A stretch of 64,000 nt of DNA from an uncultured Clostridia bacterium. GTDB lineage: Bacteria > Bacillota > Clostridia > Christensenellales > UBA1242. Each line of letters begins with the position of its first letter. Position 1 is the stretch's first letter. Made by a program: the position numbers and the translations under genes. Shown here piece by piece: positions 10,036 to 20,800 of this stretch. The notes beneath the pieces were generated by a model, which saw only the letters and a program-made list of their open reading frames with translations, was not told where the DNA came from and searched no databases. The stretch is from contig CALVZK010000001.1 in the NCBI GenBank assembly GCA_944372505.1, positions 213,687 to 277,686 of the forward strand, written 5' to 3'.

Positions 10036-11358
10036 TAAATATTGAATGAGTTTTTCTGCTATTGCTTTTGCTAAAAGAGGCGGAACAGCGTTTCCTATTT
10101 GTTGATATTGTGACAGATTTTTCTCCCAAGACATAGTTGTTCTTTTCCCAAGAAAAACATAGTCATCGGGGAACGATTGCAACCTTGCCCCTTCTCTTGC
10201 CGTATAATTGCGGTTTAGATAGGGATGAACGAAATTACTTTGGAAACTTGCAGGAATAGTGGGGGATGGCTTGTCGGGGAAAGGTCTCATATTGTTTTGC
10301 GAATAAACTTTTCCGCTGATTTTTGTTGCGTCTCCACGTTGCCTTTGTTGATATTCTTCGGCTACATCAGCTACGGATTCGCCAAAACCTATATGACTAA
10401 ATCGTTCTACCAATCTAGGCGTATGACGCATCGTTACATGATTGTGTAAAACAGAGCAGTTGCCTCTTGCCCATATTTGGTATTCGGTTGTAGGTTCTGT
10501 GTCGTAAGAGGATTCTTCGTTTCCCTCACCTGCTTGTATTTGGGGTAAATCCATTATAGCATCACGGATTGTAATTTGCTCATTTCCAAACAAAAAGCCA
10601 CGCGGTTCTAATGCTTCTTTGTCGTAAACAATATCTTTTCTTAAACCGATAAAGAACACACGAATTCTCGATTGAGGAACGCCAAACTCTGCGGCATTTA
10701 ATTGGAATATTTCCACATTATACCCTGCATTGTCGTATTCCTTGATGATAACATTTTTTACAAGTTCTCCGCTTTTTGTTGTCATGGATAAGATTCCAGA
10801 TACATTTTCCATTACAAAGAATTTAGGCTTATAATGTCTAACAAAACGCACAAAGTCCATAAACAAACTATTGCGAGGATCGTTTTTATCTCGGTTTCCG
10901 CTTAAAGAAAAGCCTTGGCAAGGAGGACCGCCTATAATTCCGTCTATGATGGTAGATGGAGCAAGAAGATTATTGAAATCAAATATTTGGGTTATGTCTT
11001 GCGTTACAACCTTTGTATGAGAATGATTATAAGCATATGTTTCGGCTGCCCAAGTATCTCTTTCTACCGCAAGGGGGATATTGAATCCCGCCATTTCAAA
11101 TCCGAGGCTCAAGCCACCGCATCCTGCGAATAAATCGATTACATTCATAGTATTTATTCCAGATGTAAATTCTAGTATATCGTTCGGAGTACAGGAGAGA
11201 AAGTTGCATATTTTTTCTATACTTTCCATTGATATGTACTCGTTTCGCTTCAAGCGAGTTAAAATATTAGCGGAAACACCGGCGCCCTTAATTAGTTCAT
11301 TTTGAGATATTTTTTTATCAATTAACAAGTGAAATAGTTTGTCGTAACAAATAGCCAT
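10024..11358 (-). CDS. DNA (cytosine-5)-methyltransferase with N-terminal XRE-type HTH domain
   Basis: Motifs DLFAGCGG (I), GGPPCQGFS (IV), ENV (VI), QSRIRVF (VIII) and GNAVPP (X). The first ~65 aa form an HTH (ISQNELIKGAGVSANILTRLKRNE). Confidence 0.92.
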   Translation of the reverse strand: MAICYDKLFHLLIDKKISQNELIKGAGVSANILTRLKRNEYISMESIEKICNFLSCTPNDILEFTSGINTMNVIDLFAGCGGLSLGFEMAGFNIPLAVERDTWAAETYAYNHSHTKVVTQDITQIFDFNNLLAPSTIIDGIIGGPPCQGFSLSGNRDKNDPRNSLFMDFVRFVRHYKPKFFVMENVSGILSMTTKSGELVKNVIIKEYDNAGYNVEIFQLNAAEFGVPQSRIRVFFIGLRKDIVYDKEALEPRGFLFGNEQITIRDAIMDLPQIQAGEGNEESSYDTEPTTEYQIWARGNCSVLHNHVTMRHTPRLVERFSHIGFGESVADVAEEYQQRQRGDATKISGKVYSQNNMRPFPDKPSPTIPASFQSNFVHPYLNRNYTAREGARLQSFPDDYVFLGKRTTMSWEKNLSQYQQIGNAVPPLLAKAIAEKLIQYLSRI

Positions 11359-11371
11359 TTTTAACCTCCTC

Positions 11372-11405
11372 TCACGATATAATATATTTTATCACGAAAT
11401 CGTGA
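11372..11405. promoter_or_regulatory. candidate operator: palindrome TCACGAAATCGTGA plus TCACGA half-site just upstream of the methyltransferase start
   Basis: A perfect 6+6 inverted repeat at 11392-11405 and an extra half-site at 11372-11377, within 50 nt of the SD and start codon at 11358. Confidence 0.5.
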
Positions 11406-11511
11406 AAATATCAACTGTTTTGGCAAAGAACATTAAAATATTTTTTGAGATTTGATATGTTCCCTTTCACAAGAATAAATTAAGCGAAATCATCAAAATT
11501 TTTGGGATTTA

Positions 11512-11528
11512 GGGACAAATGATGATTT
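11512..11528 (+). repeat. direct repeat copy 2 (GGGACAAATGATGATTT)
   Basis: Identical to 9159-9175. Confidence 0.85.
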
Positions 11529-11873
11529 CCACCTATGATTTTGAGACTTTTTGGAGTTACAACCTCCATTTTTTTGACCATTTTGAGACCTTTTGGAGTC
11601 TTGACCCAAATGAAACTGATAAGAAAACTTTATCAGTTTTTTATGTTGTTTATTGTATTTAATTCTGTTAAACAAGAATAATTTTACGCTATTTCTCAAA
11701 AAATCAACATTCTAATATTATCTTTTAATAAAAATAATATATTATTCTGAGCAATGTTTTATAAATCATAAAATCAAAAAAGCAACTTTTGGTTGACATA
11801 TTGTCAAGTAACATTGCTTGTTTTCTAATTCAAAATTTAATATACTAAAAGAGTAAATCAAAGGAGGTTTATT

Positions 11874-12876
11874 TTGTTAGGAGATAAAATTAATTATTTA
11901 AGAAAACAACAAAATTTATCGCAAGAAGAACTTGCATTTAAATTAGATGTCTCACGTCAATCTGTCTCTAAGTGGGAAAGCGGTCAATGCACACCTGATA
12001 TTGAAAAATTAAATTTATTAAGTGAAATTTTTGATGTATCTATAGATTATCTTATTAAAGATAATGAAAAAGACGTTCCCTCAACAATAAATGAAAAAAC
12101 ATCTATAACAAAAATGACTATGAATGAAGTTAAAAATTACCTAAACTATAGAGTGCATGCTTCATGGTGGATAGCGGTTGCACAAGTTTGCTTATACTTT
12201 CACCTATATTACTATCAATCTTAAAAGCTACATCTATAAATTTCAATACATCTTTTAATAATATGTATGCGAACTTAATAGGTGTAATAAATTTATTTAT
12301 CATTTTAGTTATTTCTATTAGTGTTTATGTATATTTTGGGCCAAGGAGTTCACAATATAAGTTTTTAGAATATAAAGAAAAGATTAACCTTGAAAAAGGC
12401 GTATTTGAATTTGTTAAAGATAAACAACAAAAATTCAAAAATATTTATTTATTATGTAACATATTTGCTACCGTTTTATTATTGATTTCTCTATTACCAT
12501 TAATAATATCTGTCTTTTTTCAATTAAAATATCTATATTTTATAATGGCTGCTTTAAGTCTATTTTTTATAAGCATTGCTGTTGGTATATATATTGTTGT
12601 TGGAATCCAAGAAATTAGTATGGAAAAAATACTGCAAGAGAAAAGATATACAAAAAAAATAAATTTATAAATGAAATAAATAGCTATATCACGATAGTTT
12701 TCTGGAGTTTAATAACAGGTATATATTTAGCTTGGAGTTTTATCGGTAACGCTTGGGATATATCTTGGATAGTTTATGTTGTTGGGGCATTTATATATTA
12801 TTCTAAAGTTATATGTATAACTTATTTTATAAGTAAAAACTTCAAAAATAGTAATAAAAAAGATAAAAACAAATAA
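11874..12876 (+). pseudogene. XRE-family HTH protein with C-terminal multi-TM domain, split by two frameshifts
   Basis: The HTH domain (QEELAFKLDVSRQSVSKWESG) is in frame 1 to 12224. The TM domain continues in a second frame (12164-12670) and then a third frame to TAA 12876. The second shift sits at an A8 run (12652-12659). Confidence 0.6.
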
Positions 12877-13233
12877 TTGATTTTAAAATATACTAAAAAT
12901 AAATATCAGTAACCTTTTAACCAAACAATAAAATATATATAAAGTTTTTTTCATCTGAATATTTATTTATGAAAGTAAAAATTTTTATTAAATTTAAGAG
13001 AATAGTTATTCTATTTTATAATAAAATGATAATATAAAATTTGCAAATTTAATAGAAGATACTGAAATTATATTAATCTTAATAAGTTAAAAAAAGTGTT
13101 TTATGGATAAACACTCATTATACAATAAACATATTCATAGAATTAATGTCTATTCAAACAAGCAATTTGAGAAAAAAATATTAAAGAATAAGTGGATTTA
13201 ATATCTATGAATTTATAATTTCTTCTTCTTGTA

Positions 13234-13249
13234 TTTTTTTTCCCCCCCC
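13234..13249 (+). repeat. T8C8 homopolymer pair
   Basis: tttttttt cccccccc read directly from the sequence. A C8 run is conspicuous in such AT-rich DNA. Confidence 0.9.
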
Positions 13250-13450
13250 TATATAGACACTCCATTTTTAGAAAGCTCTTCTTGCTCACTTATTTTATTT
13301 AATTTTGATAAAACAAAAATTAATTTAAACTAAAAATTAATATATTTTACAATAACTATAATTAATAAAAATATCTATTTTTATTTTAGTTATTTTTTAA
13401 TAAGTAAAATCTTGTTATACAATATATTCTACTATTATTTTATTTTTTTT

Positions 13451-13516
13451 ATTTATTTTTTTATTTATTTTTTTATTTATTTTTTTATTTATTTTTTTTA
13501 TTTATTTATTTTTTTG
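13451..13516 (+). repeat. about 5 tandem copies of a 12-bp unit ATTTATTTTTTT
   Basis: Read directly. Abuts and overlaps the last codons of the minus-strand glycosyltransferase. Confidence 0.85.
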
Positions 13517-14575
13517 ATTAAAAAAAATTTCATTATAAATTACTCTTGCATCGTTTGGTTTATATCCTTTAGATATTTCATGATAACATTTTGATTTTAC
13601 CAAATCTCCAATTCTATAATAACTTACGCAAAGTTGTAACGCTGGCAAAAATTCATAACAGTCTAAATTAACAAATCCACCACCATTTATATCTGGTTTT
13701 GTATTTAATGCAAGATTATACCAATATATTGCAGTCTTATAATTTTTTAAATTAAAAAAAATATTTCCAATTTCATACAATATTTCACCTCTAGGTGCTG
13801 AATATACAAATGAGCCAAAAAGTGAGGTCAATGCCTTATCTGTATCTTTTTTAATTTGATAACATTTACTTAAATTTAAACAAGCTTCTATTTTATTTTC
13901 AATCCACCCATCTTTTGATGTTAAAAATACTGCAAATTCATGGATGGCATCGTCTATAAGGTTATTATAATAAAGTTCTCTTGCATAGTAAAATTGTTGT
14001 CTTGGAGTAAATGTTACTCCTTCACTAATCATATGCTTATATATATTTAAGTTTCGATCTGTATGAACTTTATTTTTTTTGTTATGATAAATTTTTATTT
14101 TCTCGTTAAACTCAACTATCCCATAAGGAGTAATTACTTCATGAACAGGATCATGCCACCTTAATTGAGGTATATTTTTTAATATTCTCTCACGATTAAA
14201 CATAAATGTAGGATTAAAATTGCTATCAAAACCTGTTACATATGGACACATAAGAGTGTCCACATCGTTTTCTTTTTTCTTCCATTCTTTAATTGCTTTT
14301 ATTCCATCTTTTAAAACAATGTCATCAGCATCTAACCAAATAATATAACTCTTCGTTGCTTTTTCAAATGCAAAATTTCTTGCTTTTGAAAAATCAAAAT
14401 CCCACACATAATCATATATGTTTTTTGTATATTTTTTAACTATTTCTTTAGTTCTATCACTGGAACCCGTGTCAACAATTACTATTTCATCAGCAAATTG
14501 TTTACCGCATTTTAAAACATCCTCCAAACATTTTTCTTCATTCTTAACAATCATGCATAAAGATAATTCTTTCAT
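13502..14575 (-). CDS. family 2 glycosyltransferase fused to TPR repeats
   Basis: N-terminus LCMIVKNEE...IVIVDTGSSDRT...WLDADD (GT2 DxD). The C-terminal half has TPR-like A/Y/W periodicity (YYARELYYNN, AIYWYNLAL). Confidence 0.8.
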   Translation of the reverse strand: MKELSLCMIVKNEEKCLEDVLKCGKQFADEIVIVDTGSSDRTKEIVKKYTKNIYDYVWDFDFSKARNFAFEKATKSYIIWLDADDIVLKDGIKAIKEWKKKENDVDTLMCPYVTGFDSNFNPTFMFNRERILKNIPQLRWHDPVHEVITPYGIVEFNEKIKIYHNKKNKVHTDRNLNIYKHMISEGVTFTPRQQFYYARELYYNNLIDDAIHEFAVFLTSKDGWIENKIEACLNLSKCYQIKKDTDKALTSLFGSFVYSAPRGEILYEIGNIFFNLKNYKTAIYWYNLALNTKPDINGGGFVNLDCYEFLPALQLCVSYYRIGDLVKSKCYHEISKGYKPNDARVIYNEIFFNQKNK

Positions 14576-14815
14576 AAAATCTCCTTTAAATTTATATGAA
14601 ATAAATTAATAAAATGATAAAAATTTAGAATTTTTTATCATATTTTATGCTGATTGCTAATATGATATTATTTTAATATTTATATTTAGTGTTATTTTTT
14701 CTTATTTTGTATATATTAAATATAATATATTTATGAATATATTTCGTCAAAATATTTTGTTTTTTTTAAAGGCTATGTTAAAATCATAATTGTAATAACA
14801 TTAAAGAGGTGTTTT

Positions 14816-17800
14816 ATGATAAGAGTTAAAAAAATATTTTATTCTTTAATATTTAGTTTTGCACTTTTGAGTAGTATTTGTTTAGGTGCTTTTTTAAAGT
14901 CTAACCCAAACAACACTCTCAATTATTCTTCAGCACAAACCCCTACATATGGATTTATTTCAAATGCCTTACCAACTGAAGGATACTTTAATATTTCTTC
15001 CACTGAAGATGTAGGTTATGTTGGAAATGAAGCATTTCTTTTTAATCCAAATAGTAACCTCACGTTAAATATAGCACAAAATACTATTGCAAATGGCGAA
15101 GAGAAAAATTTCGCTTATATACCTTCAGGACAACCTCAAGAAGGAGAAACCGCTCAAGAATATTATTATTTTAATTTTCAAAACTCTCTATCTTTATTTT
15201 ACAATTTAACTAATGAACAAATTGCTTCAGGACAATCTGGAACAAATATACTTACAGATACACCTATCACTAATTTTGCAAAAGAAAACGAAAACCCTTT
15301 TACTGTAGAAGGTATAAACATAACACCAGAACAATTTAATTTAATTTTTGCTCTTAATACAGCACTAGAAGAATGTCAAATTTCTAACGAAAAAATTACT
15401 CTTAATAAAGAAGGTATTTATACCCTTCAAATTCCTTTGACTTATTACTATACAAATAATGGCGGAATTACTTTTAACTCTAAAAGTGTTACAATAAATT
15501 ATACTTTTATGATTTTTAACTCTACTACATATTTCAATAACACCACAGGATTACAAAATATATTAATTGATGACAACATGCAAGAAAGCACTATCTCTAC
15601 AAGCGAAACTTTTTCTAGATACTATTTTTATAACTATTCTCATTACGCTTCTGTAAAAGAGTTGCCTAAAATTTCGTATAATCCTAACCTTTATCGAATT
15701 TCAATTTCGTATACAGATATAGAAAAAAACACTACATTTTCAACTGTTGTTTATGAAAATAATGTTTTAACTCAATATGATGTAAATGGAAATGTTATTG
15801 ATGAAGAAAATTATTTCATATATCCAGTATTAGACACAAATGGAAATATTAGCATATATTTTAATGACCTTGGAAACTATGATATTAGTTTTGAATATCT
15901 TTATATTTCTTCATCAAATGAAACTAGCACTATTTATAAATTGCCATTTGAAAACTTACTAGGAGATGTTAACATACAAAATAAAAATCAAAGATTATAT
16001 ATTTATGGATATCAATTGGCTTATAGTGACTATTCATCTTTAGATCCATTAACAAATCAGCCAGAAGGTGTAGAATTAAAAACTCTTTCAATTGACCAAA
16101 ATGGTGGGAAATATGAAAATAATGCCGATATAACTAGTGAAGTTAATGAGTGTATGGGAGAAAATGGTCTACATGGCAACATGTCCTCTCCTTCACAACC
16201 AAATCCTTATGAAAACTTACAAACTTTTGCATTAAATTACATTAATAGCAAAAACATAATACCTGTTTCAACCAACCAAACACCTATTAAATTTTTAAAT
16301 AATGTAAATGCAGTTTCAACATATAGTAAAATTTATAATGTTTCAGTAAACGATGACGGAAAATATACGTTAGATGAGGGAACCGATTTCCAAGGTTTTA
16401 ATCAAAACACGGCTGGCACTTATCTTTACATTATTCAATATACTTATGATAACTATATGTCAACAAGTGGAACTTTACAACAAAGTTATTATCACTATCA
16501 AATTTTCTTTTTTGAAGTAACTAATATTACCCCTACAATCACAGTGCTTGACGAAAGTTTTAATGAAATATACAATAATGGCTATACAAACCAAAGCGTA
16601 TATGTACTTAATGATGCGGAAAACAATATTTACGACGCAAAAATTACAATCACTTTATCTGCTTATGATTATTCTAATAAAAAACATTTCTTTGAAAATG
16701 TTAATGTAAATGATTTGAATAAATATGGTATGAGTTATGGCATTTTTAATAATCCAGATAATGATGAAATTAATGGAAAATATGGTTTTAAAATTGATAA
16801 CACAAGTCAATATGCAAATGCTAAATTCACAGTTAAAATCAGCACTCTAAGTAGTAGTTCTCCAGGTATAAAAGAATTTACAATTGATACCAATGAAATA
16901 ACAGGTATAACTACTAGAAATGTTCAAAGTTCAACAGGGACACAATATATCATATCTTCTAACTTTTCTCAATATAATACAAATCAATCATTTATTTATT
17001 CTTGGAATGAAAAAGCAAGTGGGGCCACCACCTATGGTTATATCAAAAGAATTGATCTTGAAAGTATAAATTATTACTCATCACAAACATCAGTTAGTTC
17101 TTTAACAAATCTTTTGAATTACTGGATAAGACAGCAAATATTCCCTGTTTCTTACAAATTAAATATTGCAAATTCTTCTAATTGGAGAGATTATCAAAAC
17201 TCTTTTAATTATAGCAATGTTATAGACGCAACTTATGTTTTATCTACAAGTGGTTTATACATACTAGAAATTTACGATAAAGCAGGAAATTCCGCATTCT
17301 ATTTAACTCTATTAGATGATAGTCAGCCTGTTTTTGTTCAAATTTCTTCTGGTATGACAACTTCATATCAAATATTAACTAATAGCCAAACTATATCTAT
17401 TCCAGAAGATGGTACTAATATCTCAATAAACTGGGGAAATAAAAAGGCTATATACCTTGACAATAAATCAAATTATACTGAAATTAAACCTTACTCTGCC
17501 ACACTAAATTTATCACAAGCAAAAGAAAATTTGCAAGAGTGTCTTAAAAATTTCTTTGAAGCAAGCCAAAATCCTGATATATTAAATGTTTCTGGAGCAA
17601 TAAGTGTTCCAACCGTTTCTGGAGAAGATGTTATTGAAACTGGAATCTCTTCCTATAATGGTGATTATCTTTTAATTGATATAAAAGAAAAAGCATATGT
17701 AAAAGATACTATGTCAAGCACATTGTCTGCTTATATTGGTAATAGCTATGACATTGATTTTATTGATGATAATGGAAAAGCAATAGAAGGCACTTACATA

Positions 17801-20800
17801 ATTTCTTTAATCGACAATTCTAACACTAAGATTATTGGCAATGATTCTATTGATTATACAAATAATCCTTCTTCATTTATAACATTCAATGTTACTAGTG
17901 ATGCTGCAAGATTATCTGTTTATTACGAAAAAGACAACCAAAAAACTCAATTAATTTTTGCTAATTATAGTTTAACTGGGAAATTATATGAAAAAGATAA
18001 TTCTTATACACATAATCCAGATGAACTAGAAAATGCTAATTTAACAGATTTAACATATAAATTTTCATATTATACACCTACTAATACTGATAATTTAATT
18101 AAAATTTCATATGTTCCTTTTGCAGAAAATGGCTCAATTTTGGATTCTTTAACTTTAAAATATTATCCTTATGAAAAACAAAATGAGGAAAATGGCGATA
18201 GAAATGAATTTTATTACACAATCTCATCTTCTCCTACTAAAACGATTAATATCTATTCATACAATAAAAGTACAGTTTATGATACTGGAGAGGAACTTAT
18301 TTTTGAACTTGCTTTAGGATCTACTGATTATCCTTTGGCTGGAAGATATGTCTTAACTAGACAATATACAACTGAAAATCAAAATGGAGAAACTGACACA
18401 AATTCTTATAGTAGCTATGATTATTTTAGAAGAACAATAACTTTTGATGTAGATGACTTTAATCTAATTTCCCCTACTGAAACAATTACTTCAAACAACT
18501 ATAGCTCTTTAGAAAGTTTAGTTGGCGGGGATATCTTCGTAAATATGTATAGTGATAGTACTGATACTTCAATCCAAGTAACATTCCCTACTTACACTAA
18601 TGGCTTAAATACTGGCTCATTCTATACTAAAAATAATTTTACAAGTGAAAAAGAAACTGTAAACTATTCTGTATCTGGCGACAAACTACCTATATCATTA
18701 TATATTCCTAGCGTTAAATATACTAAATATAATAAAGTTACTAAAGATGAAAATAGCATCAATTTTGAAAACATAAAAAATGAAGTTTTATCTTACTATG
18801 GAAATGCAAAAGTAGAGCGAGGAACTGATAACCTTTGGTATGTAATTGTTGAAGGTGTTACAGATGGCAATGCTTTCACTACAGAACAAGATGCATACAA
18901 CTATTTATATAATTCCCTTACTATTGAAGAGTATAATATAAAAGCGAACATAGTTGCAAATGTAAACGGAACTAAATATTATACAACTAATGGAACAAGT
19001 GTAAATGGATTCTTACAATTCTTCGAAGCTGATGAAAAGTATAATATTATCAATAACACCCCTATTGAATATTTCTACGAAGAAGGAAATTATGAAATAA
19101 CTATAAGTCAAGCTTCTAATTTAGGCAATTTAAGTTCATTCTACTCTATTTATAAATTTGGATTCGAAATTATTTCTCAAAAACCTGACTTTGATATTAT
19201 TGGAAGCGATGGCTATCTTCTTCAAGAAGTTGGTTCAACTAATACCTATTACACCAACTCTGATATGCTTACTATACAATGGGAAATTCCTACTAGCATA
19301 TATAAAGCAAAAATAGATGAAAGTGCTATTACTATAACTTCTACTGAAGGAACTATTTTACCTAGTGAAATAGATACAAGTTCTTCTACAATTCATTCAT
19401 TTACTATTGATACGAGCACCTTAACTCATAGCACTCGTCCTAACCCTGCTTTAACAATAACAATGCAATACGAGGGATTTAATAGCAAGTATTATCAAAA
19501 AGTTACCAAAACTATATATTTTGATATTTCTGCTCCTACTGCTAATTTAGTTAATCTTATGGCATTAACTGAAAACGCAACTTCTGGAACTTTCACTCAA
19601 AATTTCCAACAATTATCTATGAGAAGATATTTTGATAATAATCATCAGGAAATTTCAATTTCTTCCTTAAATGACATATCAAATATGAGTTACTCATATT
19701 CTATGAATACTGGATATTTCAAATATTACAGTTATAATGTAAATGAAGATTTCTTCTATAAAACATTAATGGAAACTATTAATAATTCTTATCTTAACAA
19801 TTATAATACCCAATACATCTATTATAGAGAAATTGCTTCTTTAGATTCTTATAATCAAGTTGATAAGGATTCGTTCTCTACAAATTCTTATACACTTTTA
19901 ATCAATTCTTCCGATCTAGGTTTAAGACGAGGATATTATGAAATAGTTGAACGTGATTATGCTGGCAATATGTGTGTATATTTAGTTTATTTAATAGATT
20001 CTAAATCTCAAGAAACTAATCAAGATAAATATAACATTGCCTTAAATTATAAAAATTCTTCACATGAAAATAATTTTGAAATTACTAATGATGAAATTGT
20101 CGACGGATTTAATATTTACTCAAATTCTGGATTTACTATTAACTCATACAATTACAAATCAGACCCTTGGGGCATGCTTTATGTTAAGTTGGCAGGTCAA
20201 AGCGTTATAAGATATCTTCAATCCCCTTGGCTTGAAAATGGTTATATTTACAAAATGACTATTAGTTCTAGTGGTTTCACTCTTGATTCTGTTCCATTGT
20301 CATCAATATTTGAAAATGTAAACTCTTCAAATAACAAACATACATTAACTTTATCGGATAGAACTACAGGTTACGCTAATACAATTTATCTTTCTATAAT
20401 GGACGCCTCAATTAATACCCAAAAAATTGAAGATCCTAATAAAACTTCTGTAATTCTTAATATATCCGTTCCTTCTTTGAGTGAGTATAATAGTACTACT
20501 ACAAGTTACGTTTTCCCTGAAAAAATTAACATCTATAGATTTGACAATATTGAAGGTGTTGCAAGTTGGAATTTGATTTATATTGCCAATCAAAATCCTT
20601 ACGGAACTTGGACCCCTGATTCTTCTACACCTTCAGATTCAATTTCTTTTAATACCATAAATTCTGACCATACTCTTCAAATCATTATAAATATGGGCAA
20701 TTACTCAACTTCTAAAATTAAATTCGAAATTACAGATAATTTTGATAACAATACAACAATAATTCAATTAGCAAATGAAATAGCTTATGATCAGATAAGT

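Larger units (their letters stand above)
9029..11645. mobile_element. tRNA-Ser-adjacent genomic islet carrying a type II restriction-modification pair
   Basis: Begins at the tRNA 3' end and is visibly more G+C-rich than its flanks. The R-M genes are bracketed by a perfect 17-bp direct repeat. No integrase is present. Confidence 0.5.

Noticed and set aside
11493-11699. 68-aa minus-strand ORF right of the R-M pair.
   Set aside because: It has a Lys/Gln/Ser-rich nonsense-like composition and no SD. It spans the direct repeat and a plus-strand terminator hairpin, so it is more likely non-coding flank.
13412-13594. 60-aa ORF (FIYFFIYFFIYFF...) and the idea that the 12-bp repeats form a CRISPR-like array.
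   Set aside because: The ORF is just the translation of the ATTTATTTTTTT tandem repeat. The repeats are contiguous, with no spacers, and far too short for CRISPR. No cas genes are present.
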